Part shown: piece by piece, positions 63,655 through 64,000 of the stretch
Layout of the letters: each line of letters starts with the position of its first letter
How positions within the stretch are numbered: the stretch's first letter is position 1
Assembly: GCA_049997875.1 (NCBI GenBank)
Contig: JBEKRC010000001.1
Coordinates: 108,609 to 172,608, forward strand
Reading direction: 5' to 3'
DNA length: 64,000 nucleotides
Origin: Minisyncoccia bacterium
GTDB taxonomy: Bacteria > Patescibacteriota > Minisyncoccia > UBA6257 > 2-01-FULL-56-20
Translations under genes and position numbers: made by a program
The notes under the pieces: model-generated
What the model saw: the letters and a program-made list of their open reading frames with translations, nothing else
Told to the model about the DNA's origin: nothing
Databases searched by the model: none

Positions 63655-63912
63655 CTACCGCGCGATCAATTTGGTGAGGCGGGATTTCAAACGGTCCGCC
63701 TTGTTTTTTTCAATTACCTTTGTCTTTGCCGCCTTATCAAGCGCCTTAAAGACCGCGGGCAGCATTTTTTGCGCCTCTTCAATTTTCTTCCCGAGGACCA
63801 GCTTTCGGTAGCCGGTCACCGCTTTCTTGTAATTTTCCTTTTTGATAACATTCCTCGCGCGCCGCGTCCGGTTCTGCCGCAGCGCCTTTTTTGCGGATGA
63901 TGTGATGGGCAT
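63655..63912 (-). CDS. rpsT: 30S ribosomal protein S20
   Basis: MPITSSAKKALRQNRTRRARN...KNKADRLKSRLTKLIAR is typical of S20 in basic composition and N-terminus; 85 aa. Confidence 0.85.
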   Translation of the reverse strand: MPITSSAKKALRQNRTRRARNVIKKENYKKAVTGYRKLVLGKKIEEAQKMLPAVFKALDKAAKTKVIEKNKADRLKSRLTKLIAR

Positions 63913-64000
63913 TGGTGGTTAGTATAACGAGAAACCCAGATTTCACAAGGGGCTTGACAGATAATGATAGCTAGAGTATAATTTTGTTGTAGTTCTTTAA

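Overview
This 64-kb window reads as a gene-dense bacterial chromosome with about 55-60% GC and short or overlapping intergenic spacers. Several features are typical of Candidate Phyla Radiation/Patescibacteria-like genomes: type IV pilus parts, a lamin-tail-domain protein, a LysM-M23 peptidase, split genes, weak Shine-Dalgarno usage and Ala/Gly/Glu-rich low-complexity insertions in housekeeping proteins. The phylum assignment is inference only.

The window spans the chromosomal replication origin (rpmH-rnpA-yidC-jag on the minus strand facing dnaA-dnaN on the plus strand). It also carries nucleotide-metabolism genes (dcd, thyA, folA, a PfkB kinase, ahcY) and housekeeping genes (ftsH, tyrS, clpP, the H+-PPase gene, nusA, comM, pcrA, rsmA, ponA, ruvC, yebC, pilB, ruvB, tsaE, pyrG, rpsT). 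Three tRNAs are present.

The most notable feature is a co-directional operon of about 12 kb (33369-45653). It encodes a VirB6-like polytopic membrane protein, a PrgI/VirB3-like protein, a VirB4-family ATPase split across two ORFs, a VirB2-like two-helix pilin candidate and several secreted or membrane-anchored proteins. No VirD4, relaxase or integrase is visible, so it is a candidate minimal type IV secretion-like apparatus, possibly for DNA uptake or cell-cell interaction.

Other points worth a second look:
- a tRNA with a UAU anticodon;
- a free-standing LAGLIDADG homing endonuclease in a roughly 30% GC islet, next to helically phased CCGGCAA repeats upstream of a DksA/TraR-like gene;
- a 176-bp imperfect palindrome downstream of ruvB;
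- two tRNA-adjacent low-GC segments;
- a sensor histidine kinase with no partner regulator in view;
- a Cache-sensor plus pilin operon with no output domain.
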